A DNA stretch of 64,000 nucleotides from Octopus sinensis (Eukaryota): NCBI RefSeq assembly GCF_006345805.1, contig NC_043014.1, forward strand, positions 1,798,001 to 1,862,000, read 5' to 3'. Positions 1-11,997 of this stretch are shown in pieces. The notes beneath the pieces are model-generated. The model did not search any database. It was not told where the DNA came from and saw nothing but the letters and a program-made list of their open reading frames with translations. The position numbers were made by a program, and so were the translations under genes. The first letter of the stretch is position 1. Each line of letters opens with the position of its first letter.

Positions 1-295
1 AAAAAACGACACCACAACTACAACCAATACTACTACTGCTACTACCACTACAATATATATACACACACACACATACAGAGAGAGAGAGAGGGGGAATCAG
101 TGCAACACATCCCTTACTGATAAACAGCAACCTTGAGTTCAAATTCCACCAAGGTCAACTTTGCCCTTCATCCTTTTGGGGTCGATAAATTAAGTAACAG
201 TTGCATACTGGGGTCAATCTAATCAACAGCCCACTCCCCAAAAATTTGGGGCCTTGTGACGAGAGTAGAACAGGATACACAGCAGCTCCCCCTAC

Positions 296-588
296 AAGTT
301 CTTCACTCCTGCTCCAGAGCGTCGGCTGCGGGGTCACTCCGAAAAGGTCTATCCGCGACAATTTCATCTCAATCGAAGGAGAGGGGCTTTCTCCGTCCGG
401 GTTGCGGATCCGTGGAATAAGCTGCCGGATGAGATAGTGAAGATGCCGACGACCGCTCGGTTCAAAGTCTCCCTTGACCACAAGTGGCCTGAACTCTTTA
501 CATGAACACCACCCTGTACATAACTCCATGTCCCCCTACATGGCCTTGCTTTTTGCTTTTTGAGCCATAAAATTAACTAACTAACTAA
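296..588 (+). mobile_element. 3' end of a CR1-clade LINE (ORF2 C-terminus, 3'UTR and (TAAC)n tail)
   Basis: Frame from 296 reads KFFTPAPERRLRGHSEKVYPRQFHLNRRRGAFSVRVADPWNKLPDEIVKMPTTARFKVSLDHKWPELFT* (TGA 503-505). This fits the CR1 C-terminal pattern RGH..K...R....R..FS.RV...WN.LP.E.V....FK..LD..W. A TAACTAACTAACTAA tail follows at about 574-588. Confidence 0.8.
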
Positions 589-1267
589 TTCCACATGACA
601 CATCAGAGTGTGAAGTGTTCAGACGCAAGCAAGGCAGCTCAGTGGGTGGAATTGGGAAATCATATGATAGAAGGCTTTAGGGCTGCTCCAAAATGAGATC
701 CTGGTCAGGTCAACCTGGTCCTGTCAGCCCTTTCTGGGTCAATAGAGATAAATGAATGGAAAGGTATATTCGATGGAATCAAACCCTTTCACCCTGCATC
801 TCTAAACAGAGCATGCATCGACACCGCAGGACAAGATGCAGCAGTGCACAACAAGAAGGAGTTTGAAGAGGAGGATGAAGAGGAAGTGTTTAAGTGTCAG
901 TTGTTTGGTGTTACTGACTACTGTGAAGTAGATGCAGCATCCAACCATCATTTACACCTGTGGTACCTACTTCCGGCCAGGTAGACTGCACAGCTGAGTC
1001 ATAAGCTGATGGTTCAATACACGAATTGATTGGTTAAGTCAGCCATCACATCTGTATGAAGATTAAAAAAACACACATACACACACACACACACGGATGT
1101 GGGTGTGTGGGGGTGTAGTGGACATGAGTATGTCACTGTCCTCATCCATGTCTACATGCATATCGTTTGATTTGTTGTCTCCATGTTAAAACAACTGTAA
1201 ACCTTGAAATAAAGGAATTCATGCAACACCAGCTACTTTGTTCTTCACTTATCACTATGTGTGTGTG

Positions 1268-1318
<51 letters not shown>

Positions 1319-1319
1319 C

Positions 1320-1390
<71 letters not shown>

Positions 1391-1422
1391 CAGACAGATA
1401 GATAGATAGATATAGATATAAA

Positions 1423-1694
1423 CAGTGTGTTCAAAAAGTCTCTTCATCAGTGAAATTTTCAGTGAACAGGTTATTTCAAAGGGACTTTGGTCACAAAGAT
1501 CACCTGATTTAACACTGCCAGACTTTTTTTCCAAGGGAGCAAGTAAAGGATCTGTGTACAAGAATCACCCGAAAACCATTAATGAACTAAAAGACACAAT
1601 CATAACCTTCACATGGTTAATACTGTATCAGACTCTCCAAGACGTATTTCAAAACATGTGGAGAAGAACCAGCTTGTGGGTAGTAAAGAAATAG
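1423..1694 (+). mobile_element. Degenerate Tc1/mariner transposase C-terminal fragment
   Basis: Translation LWSQRSPDLTLPDFFSKGASKGSVYKNHPKTINELKDTI resembles the WPPRSPDLTP.DFFLWG..K..VY...P.TI.ELK..I motif. It starts with TIR-like CAGTGTGTTCAAAAAGTCTC. Confidence 0.65.
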
Positions 1695-2002
1695 GTTTGA
1701 CTGGGGTCTGGGAAACCAGGAGGCTGCATCAAGCTCCAGTCTGATCTGGTAGTGTTTCTACAGCTGGATGCCTTTCCTAATGCCAACCACTCCATGAGTG
1801 TTGTAGGTTTTGAAAGGGATTATAATACTATCCATGTATAAGAAACTCCCATATTTTTTTAGCCTAGTTTTTGACAAAAAAGGGTTCCTTATACACGTTA
1901 AAATACGGTATATGTCAGAGAGACAGGGAAACTGGCCCTATGCTCCTTATAGACTAATATAGACTAACCATGTGTGTGTATGTGGGGCGTATACACACAC
2001 AA

Positions 2003-2236
2003 GGCGGCGAGCTGGCAGAATCGTTAGCACGCCGGGCAAAATGCTTAGCGGCATTTCGTCTGCCGTTACGTTCTGAGTTCAAATTCCGCCGAGGTCGACT
2101 TTGCCTTTCATCCTTTTGGGGTCGATAAATTAAGTACCAGTTACGCACTGGGTTCGATATAATCGACTTAATCCGTTTGTCTGTCCTTGTTTGTCCTCTC
2201 TGTATTTAGACCCTTGTGGGTAGTAAAACAATAGGT
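2003..2236 (+). mobile_element. tRNA-derived SINE family A, near full length
   Basis: Head GGCGGCGAGCTGGCAGAATCGTTAGC, B-box GAGTTCAAATTCC, central GCCTTTCATCCTTTYGGGGTCGATAAATTAAGTACCAG block, 3' end GTAAAGAAATAGGT. Related copies at about 132-258, 21395-21624(-), 23636-23850, 41445-41674, 42880-43443, 46030-46590(-, interrupted) and 57030-57250. Confidence 0.8.
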
Positions 2237-2298
2237 ATATACACACACAAGCATAGATACAAATACCCCTAATATATACACATATATACATATGGACA

Positions 2299-2329
<31 letters not shown>

Positions 2330-2518
2330 AGACACCATCATATACACATACACCTTCCCACACACATATATAAATAAGTCAGTATTGCATCATACAAATG
2401 TGGTATTTTTGTTGGTTCTTCTGTCCTAATCTGTATTGATATTTCTATAATATGTTGAGTCACATCAGTGACTGGGGGTGGTGGGGAATATTGATTGGTA
2501 GCACAAACAGTGACTCTG

Positions 2519-2661
2519 GTGGTGGTGGTGGCAGTGGTGGTGGTAGTGGTGGTAGTGGTGGTGGTGGTGGTGGTGGCAGTGGTGGTGGTAGTGGTGGTGG
2601 TGGTGGCAGTGGTGGTGGTGGTGGCAGTGGTGGTGGTAGTGGTGGTGGTGGTGGTGGTGGT
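2519..2661. repeat. (GGT)n/GGC/AGT trinucleotide microsatellite
   Basis: Direct reading: ggtggtggtggcagtggtggtggtagt repeated. It produces the spurious poly-Gly ORF 2452-2775. Confidence 0.95.
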
Positions 2662-2941
2662 GTCTTCAGTTTAGTCTCAAGGATTTTCTATGTTCTCATC
2701 TCTAATTGGTATTTAATTCTTGTGGTGATGGTGTGGGTAGTGGTGTCACAGCAGGTCAGTTCCACAGGTCCATGACCCACAGGACATTTTGGGGAAACCC
2801 CATAGTTCTAATACTCCAAATGTATCTCACTCCTGCTGAGTTAAGGGCCATACAGCATACCCTGACATACAGAAAGGTAACAAATGGGTTACAGAAATCT
2901 CTCTCACACGCTCCAATTTGAGAGCCCTCGATATAATTTAA

Positions 2942-3139
2942 CCCTCCAGCATTCGGATTATTTATTCATAGTTTTGAACTAATCCTGGATTATCCCATAG
3001 CTTTGAGATTTTGGTGATGCAATTGTTTATTTTTCAGAATGACATTGTAGGGTAGGTGTGAGAGATTGGATCCAGCCTGTTTGGACATAAAACAGGTGAA
3101 ACATTTGGGCCTGACATGACCAGATTAAATGCTAAAGGG
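2942..3139. mobile_element. piggyBac-type MITE, family 2
   Basis: TTAA|CCCTCCAGCATT ... AATGCTAAAGGG|TTAA: TTAA duplication, CCC/GGG termini and short TIRs. Related copies at about 43866-44088 and (more diverged) 22331-22539. Confidence 0.7.
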
Positions 3140-3726
3140 TTAACAAAACCTGCTGACATAGGAAAAGGACCTTGTCCCCTCGCCCCCTTTTTAGACTAAT
3201 TAATTTACCACCCACCACTTTTTTTTTTGTTTTCTTTTCTCAAAATAAGTGGGAAAACTTCAATGAAGAATTTTTTTAATAACATGGTATATGACCCTTT
3301 TAATTTAACCAATACTCCCAGGTACCCCAGAACAACAAAGGGATATAGGGGTACTGACCTCTCACACACAAACACACTCTCTCTCCCACACAACATTTCA
3401 CTGAATCAGGAATATCAACAGAGATTAGAAAACGGAAAACCATCACCGCCACCACCACCACCTCAAGAGTGGGAACAGTTGAGGGAGGGGAAGGGGGAAA
3501 GGTTTATTTGCATCTCTCTCTCACACATACACACACATGCACACAGATAGACACAGACATATACGCACTTGTTTTGATTTAGGATTATCAGTAGATTATT
3601 TCAGGTCAGCCTCTCGTTAACGCTAATTAATCTCATCTCAGACCAAGCAATCTGGACCGAGTTGAATTATCTATCATGTCTATATGGCTGTTTAGTATTG
3701 GTTTGTCTTGTAAATCAAGCTAATCC

Positions 3727-3846
3727 AGAGAGAGAGAGAGAGAGGGAGGGAGAGAGAGAAAGACAGAGAGAGAGAGAAAGAGAGAGAGAGAAAGAGAGAG
3801 AAAGAGAAAGAGAGAAAGAGAGAGGGAAAGACAGAGAGAGAAAGAA

Positions 3847-3895
<49 letters not shown>

Positions 3896-3900
3896 AAGAG

Positions 3901-3950
<50 letters not shown>

Positions 3951-3998
3951 GCATGTAGTAGCAGAGGCCATGTTAGTGAAAGAGAGAGAGAGAGAGAG
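3727..3998. repeat. (GA)n/GAAA purine microsatellite
   Basis: Direct reading. It explains the ER-repeat and SL-repeat ORFs. Confidence 0.95.
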
Positions 3999-4471
3999 AG
4001 GAAATATATAAAAAGGAGTCAGAGATAGGAGGGAGGGAGTGTGTGTAAAGCAATGGGGAGGAATGTTAAATGTTAAACTGGAGAAGATGAAATATGTCAG
4101 AAGGGAAAAAGAAAAGGAAGAGGTTGTGTGGCTTTCATTTTTTCACAAGAAAACCATTCATAATTTAAACTGGAAAAAAGAACAAAAACAAAAGAAAATA
4201 ACCCCTCAAAAAAAAACAACAAATAAAAGCCGAAAAAAAACTACAAACAAACAAACTGCAAGCATTGAACGTGAGAACTTGTTGGAAATATACCAAAATA
4301 TTTTGCTGTAAACAACAACAACAACAAGTATGTGTGGAAGCGTTTAGAGGTCTGGTCTGGAAGGTTCCTTATTTGGTCCTGCATCTCCCCCCCCCCAGTC
4401 AACCCACCAGCCAGCCAGCCGGCCAGCAAACCGTTTCTATAGTTCTTCGTAAGAAATCCGGCAGAGATTTG

Positions 4472-4502
<31 letters not shown>

Positions 4503-4889
4503 TCACTATCAGGTGCCATCATGCCTTGCTTGCACCTTCACCCAGCCTCGGAGCCACACGCGCCTCGCCAAACGCCTTGTTGAGGTTCAGCCAACATTCT
4601 GAAGTGCGATGGCAACGGAACGGTAAAAGAAAAAAAGAGAAAAAATTGGATGGAATAGGAGGAGGAGGAGGAGGTTTAAAAGGAAAACGGTAAAGAGATG
4701 CACAAGAAATGGCTTTATAACCGGAGTGGGAGAACGCAGGATGGAGATGCTAAACACACACACAAACACACACGTTATATAATTTACTCAGACATAAATT
4801 CATATTACTACACATTCTATATTGCGCAGTCTCAGAGATTAATTATCTCTCGTTGTTGATAAACTAAAATTATACTACCTACGTTCATG

Positions 4890-5490
4890 TGCATCTAAGA
4901 GTTTTATTCATACATGGTTCCAGGTTCAGTCCCACTATGTGGCACCTTGGCCAAGTGTCTTCTACTATAGCCTCGGGCAGACCAAAGCCTTGTGAGTGGA
5001 TCTGGTCAATGACGGAAACTGAAAGAAGCCTGTCATATATGTATGTATATATGTATGTGTGTGTGAGTATTGTGTAGGAACAGGCACGGCTATGTGGTAA
5101 CAAGTTTGCTTTCCAACCACACGGTTCTGATTTCAGTTCCACTGTGTGGCACCTTGGCCAAGAATCTTCTACTATAGCCTCAGGCAGACCAAAGCCTTGT
5201 GAGTGGATCTGGTCAATGATGGAAACTGAAAGAAGCCTGTCATATATGTATGTATGCGTGTGTGTGTGTGTTGTGTGTGTGTGAGTGTGTGTGTGTGTGT
5301 GTCCGTCCGAACCATCACTTGACAACCAATGCTGGTGTGTTTACATCCCCGTAACTTATCAGTTCGGCAAAAAGAGGCCGACAGAATAAGTACTAGGCTT
5401 ACAAAGAATAAATTCTGGGGTAAATTTGTTCGACTAAATGTGGTGCTCCAGCATGGCCGCAGTCAAATTACTGAAACAAGTAAAAGAGAT
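4890..5490 (+). mobile_element. tRNA-derived SINE family B, two tandem 5' halves followed by a 3' half
   Basis: Two successive copies of GGTTC(C/T)..TTCAGT(C/T)CCACT.TGTGGCACCTTGGCCAAG..TCTTCTACTATAGCCTC.GGCAGACCAAAGCCTTGTGAGTGGAT, then the body ending GTGCTCCAGCATGGCCGCAGTCAAATTACTGAAACAAGTAAAAGAG. Confidence 0.75.
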
Positions 5491-5532
5491 ACACACATGT
5501 ATGTATATCTAGCTATCTATATATATACATAC

Positions 5533-5571
<39 letters not shown>

Positions 5572-5855
5572 CACACACATGTATATATATATACACACAC
5601 ATATATATATATAGATATATATATATATATATATACACACACATATATATATACACATGTATGTATATATAAGGGTGTGCTGTAATCTGACTTTGTATAT
5701 TTGTCTACAGCAAGACATTTTCTCCATGACAGAATTCTATGAAAGGGTTTCTTACAGGTCTGAATATGCCTCAAGCACATTTCAATTGATAACAAATTTG
5801 TATTTATATATTTATACATAAACTCCAGCTTTGTGCATGCGTGTGTGTGTGTGTG

Positions 5856-5895
<40 letters not shown>

Positions 5896-5904
5896 CCTTG
5901 TGTA

Positions 5905-6262
5905 TAGGCGCAGGAGTGGCTGTGTGTGAAGGAGCTTGTTTACCGACCACATGGTTCCGCGTGGTACCTTGGGCAAGTGTCTACTACTATAACCTTGGGC
6001 CAAGCAAAGCCTCGTGAGTGGATTTGGTAGACGGAAACTGAAAGAATCCCATCGTATATGTATGTATGTGTGTGTTTGTCCCCTCATGATCACTTGACAA
6101 CTGATGTTGGTGTGTTTACGTCCCCGTAACATAGCGGTTCAGCAAAAGTGACCGACAGAATAAGTACTAGGCTTACGAAGAATAAGTCCCGGGGTCGATT
6201 TGTTCGACTAAAGGCGGTGCTCCAACATGGCCACAGTCAAAATACCGAAACAAACAAAAGAA
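5905..6262 (+). mobile_element. SINE family B, near full length
   Basis: Head GGCGCAGGAGTGGCTGTGTG, same body and 3' end as the 31721-32113 copy. Confidence 0.8.
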
Positions 6263-7710
6263 TAACACACATTGCAGCATTTCACTTTGGCTTCCAAAAG
6301 TCAAGAAAATTACTTTTCTTCTTTTTTTTTTTTTTCGAAACCTTTTGATACCAAACTCCCTGGGACTCCTTTTGATTCTATTATACAAACTTCCTATCCT
6401 GAACTGATCTAAATTAACAATTTCTATCAAAATTCCATGTTAACTGATGTTTCAGATACCATCATACTCATGATAAATGTATTTTACCAAATTCTTTGTT
6501 ATTTTCAAAATTCATTGAAACAATGTATTTCAAGAGATGGGTTAACATGAAGCAATAATTCCAAGCTGTTTATTGACAACTTGTGTCTTTTGGCAGAATT
6601 CCAGGAAATGACTTATTGGTAATTGCTGCACTTGAAAGTGGAGAGTGGGCAACAGAATGGTTTGGAACAGAGAAGAATCTGACCACGGAGGCATACAAGG
6701 ATACACATCATAGAAGAACGGAATGGATTAAGCAGAGCAGGAGCTTATACAAGGGCAGAAAGTGTCGTTGAAGAGGTCACAGATGTGTGACCAAAGATTT
6801 CCGGACAAGGGACACAAGTTAGAATAAGAATAGTAATAAAAGAGTGAAGAATGAATATATATAGTGCGTATGTTTATTTGGCAAAAAACCCCAAAAAAAC
6901 AAGAATCCTGAAATATAACAATATCTATTTCAATACAAGGTTTCACATCAAGAATCTGGCAACACAAATTTATAAACATATATATATATGTATGTATGTA
7001 TGTATGTGTATATAATTATATCTATGTCTTTTACTTGCATCCATCATTTGGCAGTGGCAAGGGCGTCATCTTGAAGAATTTTAGTGAAATGAATCGATTC
7101 CAGTACTTATTCTACACCTCCCTTTTGCCAAACTGCTAAGTTATGGGGGTGTAAACAAACCAACACCGGTGATAGTAGGGGAACAAAGACACAAAGAAAC
7201 ACCTATATAGATATATGCATAAATATATGCGAGGGCCATTTCTAACTAAGGGGTGAATGGCGAGGTTGGCAGGGTGGTCAAGAGAGAAAGGGGTGGGTGG
7301 CTGGAGGGTGGTTGGAATAGGTGGAAAGAAGGGTTGGGAGAGGAAGAGAGCGATAAAGGCGGGGGGGGGAAAGAGTGGTAGCATGGTAGGAAGTTTAGAG
7401 TACTCAGTCAACTTAAGAGGGGTGGGTGCACTTGACATTGAGGTTACTCTAAATATTTATAGGATATCAATTGAGAAATAAGACAGGGTGTTATAACTGG
7501 TGGGGGGGGATGGGGGTAAACGACAACAACAACACATACAAGCACTTTCTCGCTATCCACATACCACTATGCGCTCACGGGGGGGGGAACCACACACACC
7601 CATAAACATGACGCCGTTGCCATACACATAAACACACCTTCGTGCACTCACTACCACACACGCAAAAATTTCACCACCCTCACTACCACACACCCATAAA
7701 CATACCTTAT

Positions 7711-7742
<32 letters not shown>

Positions 7743-8175
7743 CATACATACACAAACATGCACTCACTCATACTCAAGCACACACATACACACACGACCA
7801 AAATAGAAACTCCGCATCAAACAACTAAACAAGGAAATAACAAAAAGAATAAAACTAAAAAAAAAACTAAAAATAAATACGAAAAGTAGCATCAAACTGG
7901 AAATGGTTTTATATCTGCAACATAAACAACGGAGCTAAAAGAAAAACATTGCAGTAATTAGTAACATCGTTACCAATATCATCATCAACACTATCCCTGT
8001 CGTCATCATCATCATCATCAACAACAGCTACACCACACCTCGTTTTATAACAAATGGCCTCGATTATATACGCAAATGATCATAGAATGAAAGGTAAAAA
8101 TGGTAGAGAAAAGCAGAGGAATCCAGAAATATCCTGGTTGATGTTACAGACAATTGCTGTACATGATTTACAATA

Positions 8176-8480
8176 CATCATCATCATCGTTTAACGTTTG
8201 CTTTCCATGCTAGCATGGGTTGGACGGTTCAACTGGGGTCTGGGAAGCCCGAAGGCTGCACCAGGCTCCAGTCAGATCTGGCAGTGTTTCTACAGCTGGA
8301 TGCCCTTCCTAACGCCAACCACTCTGTGAGTGTAGTGGGTGCTTTTTTATGTGCCACCGACACAGGTGCCAGACGAGGCTGGCGAACGGCCACGCTCGGA
8401 TGGTGTTTTTTTTATGTGCCACCGGCACAGGTGCCAGACGAGACTGACGAACGGCCACGCTCGGACAGTGTTTGTTATGT
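8176..8480 (-). mobile_element. (GAT)n-tailed SINE-like family C
   Basis: Reverse complement of the family C consensus (...GGTTGGCGTTAGGAAGGGCATCCAGCTGTAGAAAC...CATGCTAGCATGGAAAGC..ACGTTAAACGATGATGATG). Other minus copies at about 1700-1800, 17545-17790, 18255-18405, 21946-22135 and 44985-45100. Confidence 0.8.
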
Positions 8481-8807
8481 GTCACCGGCATACAAGAGAA
8501 TAAAGAAATCAAACAAAGGACAGACATAGAGGGGTCCCCCACAGTGGGGTTGACAAAGAAATAAAATTGGGGAACAAGCAAATGTTGAAGTGACCATCAT
8601 GGTAGGAGGCTGGTGGAATTGGTAGAGCATTGAGGAATGCTTGGTGGATATTACTTCTGGCTTTGGGCTCTTTGGCATTTAAACCAACCATATCTGGCTC
8701 AAGTATTCTCCTTGTTTTATGCTCAAATCAGCCTGATCAGGCTTCTTGTACCTACCCTACAATGCCTTTCAAAAATAAACAACCATATCATCAAATACTT
8801 GATACCA

Positions 8808-9097
8808 ATCCGATCTTGGCCGTTGCCAGCCTCGTCTGGCACCTGTGTCGGTGGCACATAAAAAACACCATCCGATCGTGGCCATTGCCAGCCTCGCCTG
8901 GCACCTGTGCCGGTGGCACGTAAAAAGCACCCACTACACTCATGGAGTGGTTGGCATTAGGAAGGGCATCCAGCCGTAGAAACACTGCCAGATCAGACTG
9001 GAGCCTGGTGCAGCCTTCTGGCTTCCCAGATCCCCGGTCAAACCGTCCAACCCATGCTAGCATGGAGAACGGACGTTAAACGATGATGATGATGATG
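8808..9097 (+). mobile_element. (GAT)n-tailed SINE-like family C
   Basis: Internal ~60-bp subrepeat (GGCCGTTGCCAGCCTCG.CTGGCACCTGTG.CGGTGGCAC.TAAAAA.CACC), conserved body and GAT tail. Other plus copies at about 25195-25395, 26500-26835, 44140-44370, 58600-58835 and 60128-60440. Confidence 0.8.
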
Positions 9098-10644
9098 AAG
9101 ATAATGCATGATTAATTCAAAGCAATGTGGATGCGTAAGTCTGACGACTGACAGGAAAATCTGAATGTCAAAAGGTTAAGGCAACGAGGAAGCAGAATCG
9201 GTGGAACACCAGACAAACGACTCAGCAGCATCTTTTGTCCATCTTTATGTTCTGCATTGAAACCCTGCTGAGGTCAACACTGCCTTCCGTCCTTTCAAGG
9301 GTGATGTAACTGACCAGTTCCTGCCTCCCCCCTCCCAAACTCCCCTAAAATTTCAAGCCTTGTGCCTCTATAATAGAACATCATTTCTTCTAACCCTTTA
9401 CGTTCAGAGTTCAAATTCTGCTGAAGTCAACTTTAACCTTTCGTCTTGTTTTTTTTTTGGGGGGGGGGGGGGGGGCTGCTATTGATTAATTTTCTTCTCT
9501 CATAATTGTTTGGCTAATTAGAATCTATCAGATTAACTATGTTAATCCAACCTTTGCTCTTAACCACAACAAAACCATTAAGCACACAAAGTCGCATATT
9601 CATCATCATCATCATCATCATCATTCAGTGACCATCTTCCACACAGACATGGGGGGGGGGGGTGAATAGTTTGACAGGACCCAACATGCTGGAGGGCCAC
9701 CCCAGGCCCCGTCTGCCTATTTTGTGTTCATATCTACAGCTGGATGCTCTTCCTGGTGCCGACCCCTTTACGAGGTGTACCGGGTGACTTTTGCGTGAGA
9801 CCACCACAAGTGAGGTTGCCAAGGAACTCAGAAAACAGGGAAGAAACCCTTGATGGAGTAGGGTTGTAGTAAAGAGGGGTGGGATTTTATGTCAGGCGTT
9901 AAAAGGTTAAAGTATGACAGAGGGACAGGCACAGGTGCCCCCAGGCCAACTCTGATAAAGCTCTGATACCATCCGACCAGAAGCAGTCTCATTATGACCA
10001 TCTTATTTTATTTTCAGATGAGGTATATCTATGATACAGCCAGCAATCTAAGGGACAGGCTAGTAATTAAAATGGTCCCAGAACTAGACAGGTACAAAGG
10101 TAAAGCTGACCTTAGTGGAATTTGAACTCAGCATGCAAAAAGCTGGGATGGCCACGTAGTTAACAAGTTTGCCTCCCAGTTACGTGGTTTCAGGTTCAGT
10201 CCCACTGCACAGCACTTTGTGTAAGCACCTTCTTCTATAGCCCTGGGTTAACCACCAAAAACTTTTCGAGCGAATTTAGTAGACGGAAACTGAAAGAAGC
10301 CCACCGTATAGTGTGCCCCTGTGTAAACACCATTGCTAGTCAGTAACCACCACCACCCTCCCCTCCAAGAGTCAACAGTGACTCGTTGACTCTCACAAAA
10401 ATGTCATATTTACCGATATATAATGACATGATGCACCTAAGCATTAACACTTTGTGACCCTTCCACATTCCAGTTACTAACTGCATGGCAATTACTACTA
10501 TTACTACTGCTACTACTACTCTGTTAGTACGATGCTGTTACAGCAGTTACTAATTATAACCTAATTCAATCCCTATAATTGATGAAGGAGAAAGTCAACA
10601 CGAACCTTTTTACAACTGCTGTTAGTTGTAAAACAGGCTCCCTA

Positions 10645-10658
10645 GTTACCATGGTAAC
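10645..10658. promoter_or_regulatory. Perfect palindromic RFX X-box motif (candidate only)
   Basis: GTTACCATGGTAAC is a 14-bp perfect palindrome matching the X-box consensus GTHNYYATRRNAAC. Confidence 0.3.
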
Positions 10659-10734
10659 ACATCCAAGATGGTTATATACATATAACAGGAACATCTGTGT
10701 CAAGGTGATATAAGGGGCTACTGTAGTCTTGCTG

Positions 10735-10808
10735 GTAGTAGTAGTAGTGGTGGTGGTAGCAGCAGCAGCAGTAGTAGTAGTAGTAGTAGTAGTAGTAACA
10801 GCAGCAAC

Positions 10809-10842
<34 letters not shown>

Positions 10843-10871
10843 ACAACAACAACAGCAACAGTAGTAGTAGC

Positions 10872-10905
<34 letters not shown>
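10735..10905. repeat. (AGT)n/(AGC)/(AAC) microsatellite
   Basis: Direct reading. It is the source of the poly-V/T/L ORFs. Confidence 0.95.
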
Positions 10906-10906
<1 letters not shown>

Positions 10907-11289
10907 GAATATGTACTGGAGGTGAGTGCACTCAGTCAGGGGACAGCAGCAGCAGCAGGCTTCCATTGTCCAGCAACCACAATCCCACAGCAATGCTTTT
11001 TTGCCCCTCAGCTACCAGAGTGGTTGGTGTGAGGCATGAAGATAAAAGACCAGACCCACTTCGTATTTGGGGGGAAAAACAAACCCCAGATATATCCCAA
11101 ACTCTCACCCACCACATAAACTACCCACTGCTTCTGGCTCTAAAACACAAAGCTCTTCGTTTTAAAGTAGACCCGTCAAAATTCAATGTTAATTTATATT
11201 CCAAACCTCAGCTTAATAAGGACAAACACATTCTGACAAAATTTTTCATGATTCTCTGAAAAAACAGTGTATGCTAACAAAAGGGTTAA

Positions 11290-11997
11290 CCCTTCGTTAC
11301 CAACCCAGCTGAAACCAGCTCTGGCTCTGTAGTACAAATGTTTTGTTTTCATAAGTTTTGAATTAAAATCTTCCACCAAACCTTAGTCACAATTTATGTT
11401 CCTAACACTAGCTTAATGATAACAAAGTTATTTTACTAAATTCTTTGTTATATTTAAAGTAAATGAAAGAAATGCAGAGCATTTCAACAGAAATATGGTA
11501 ACAAAAGGGTTAAAATATATAATAGAGAAACAATTCTTAACCCTTTTGATACCAACCTGGCTGAAACTGTCTCTGGGTCTGAGTACAAATGTCTTGTTTT
11601 CAAAAGTCCTGAATTAAAATCTTCCACCAAACCTTAGTCACAATTTATGTTCCTAACACTAGCTTAATGATAACAAAGTTATTTTACTAAATTCTTTGTT
11701 ATATTTAAAGTAAATGAAAGAAATGCAGAGCATTTCAACAGAAATATGGTAACAAAAGGGTTAAAATATATATAAAAGAGAAACAATTCTTAACCCTTTT
11801 GATACCAACACGGCTGAAACTGTCTCTGGGTCTGAGTACAAATGTCTTGTTTTCAAAAGTCCTGAATTAAAATCTTCCACCAAACCTTAGTCACAATTTA
11901 TGTTCCTAACACTAGCTTAATGATAACGAAGTTATTTTACTAAATTCTTTATTATATTTAAAATCAATTGAAAGAAACACAGAGCATCTCAAAAGGG
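11290..11997. mobile_element. Three tandem piggyBac-type MITEs (family 1, ~220 bp)
   Basis: Copies 11290-11509, 11541-11760 and 11794-11997 are each bounded by TTAA|CCCTT(C/T)G(T/A)TACC ... (GGTAAC)AAAAGGG|TTAA. Degenerate relatives at about 6340-6550, 12000-12295, 18960-19180 and 22190-22270. Confidence 0.8.

Noticed and set aside
2452-2775. Gly-rich 107-aa ORF
   Set aside because: It is entirely a (GGT)n microsatellite, with no splice or domain evidence.
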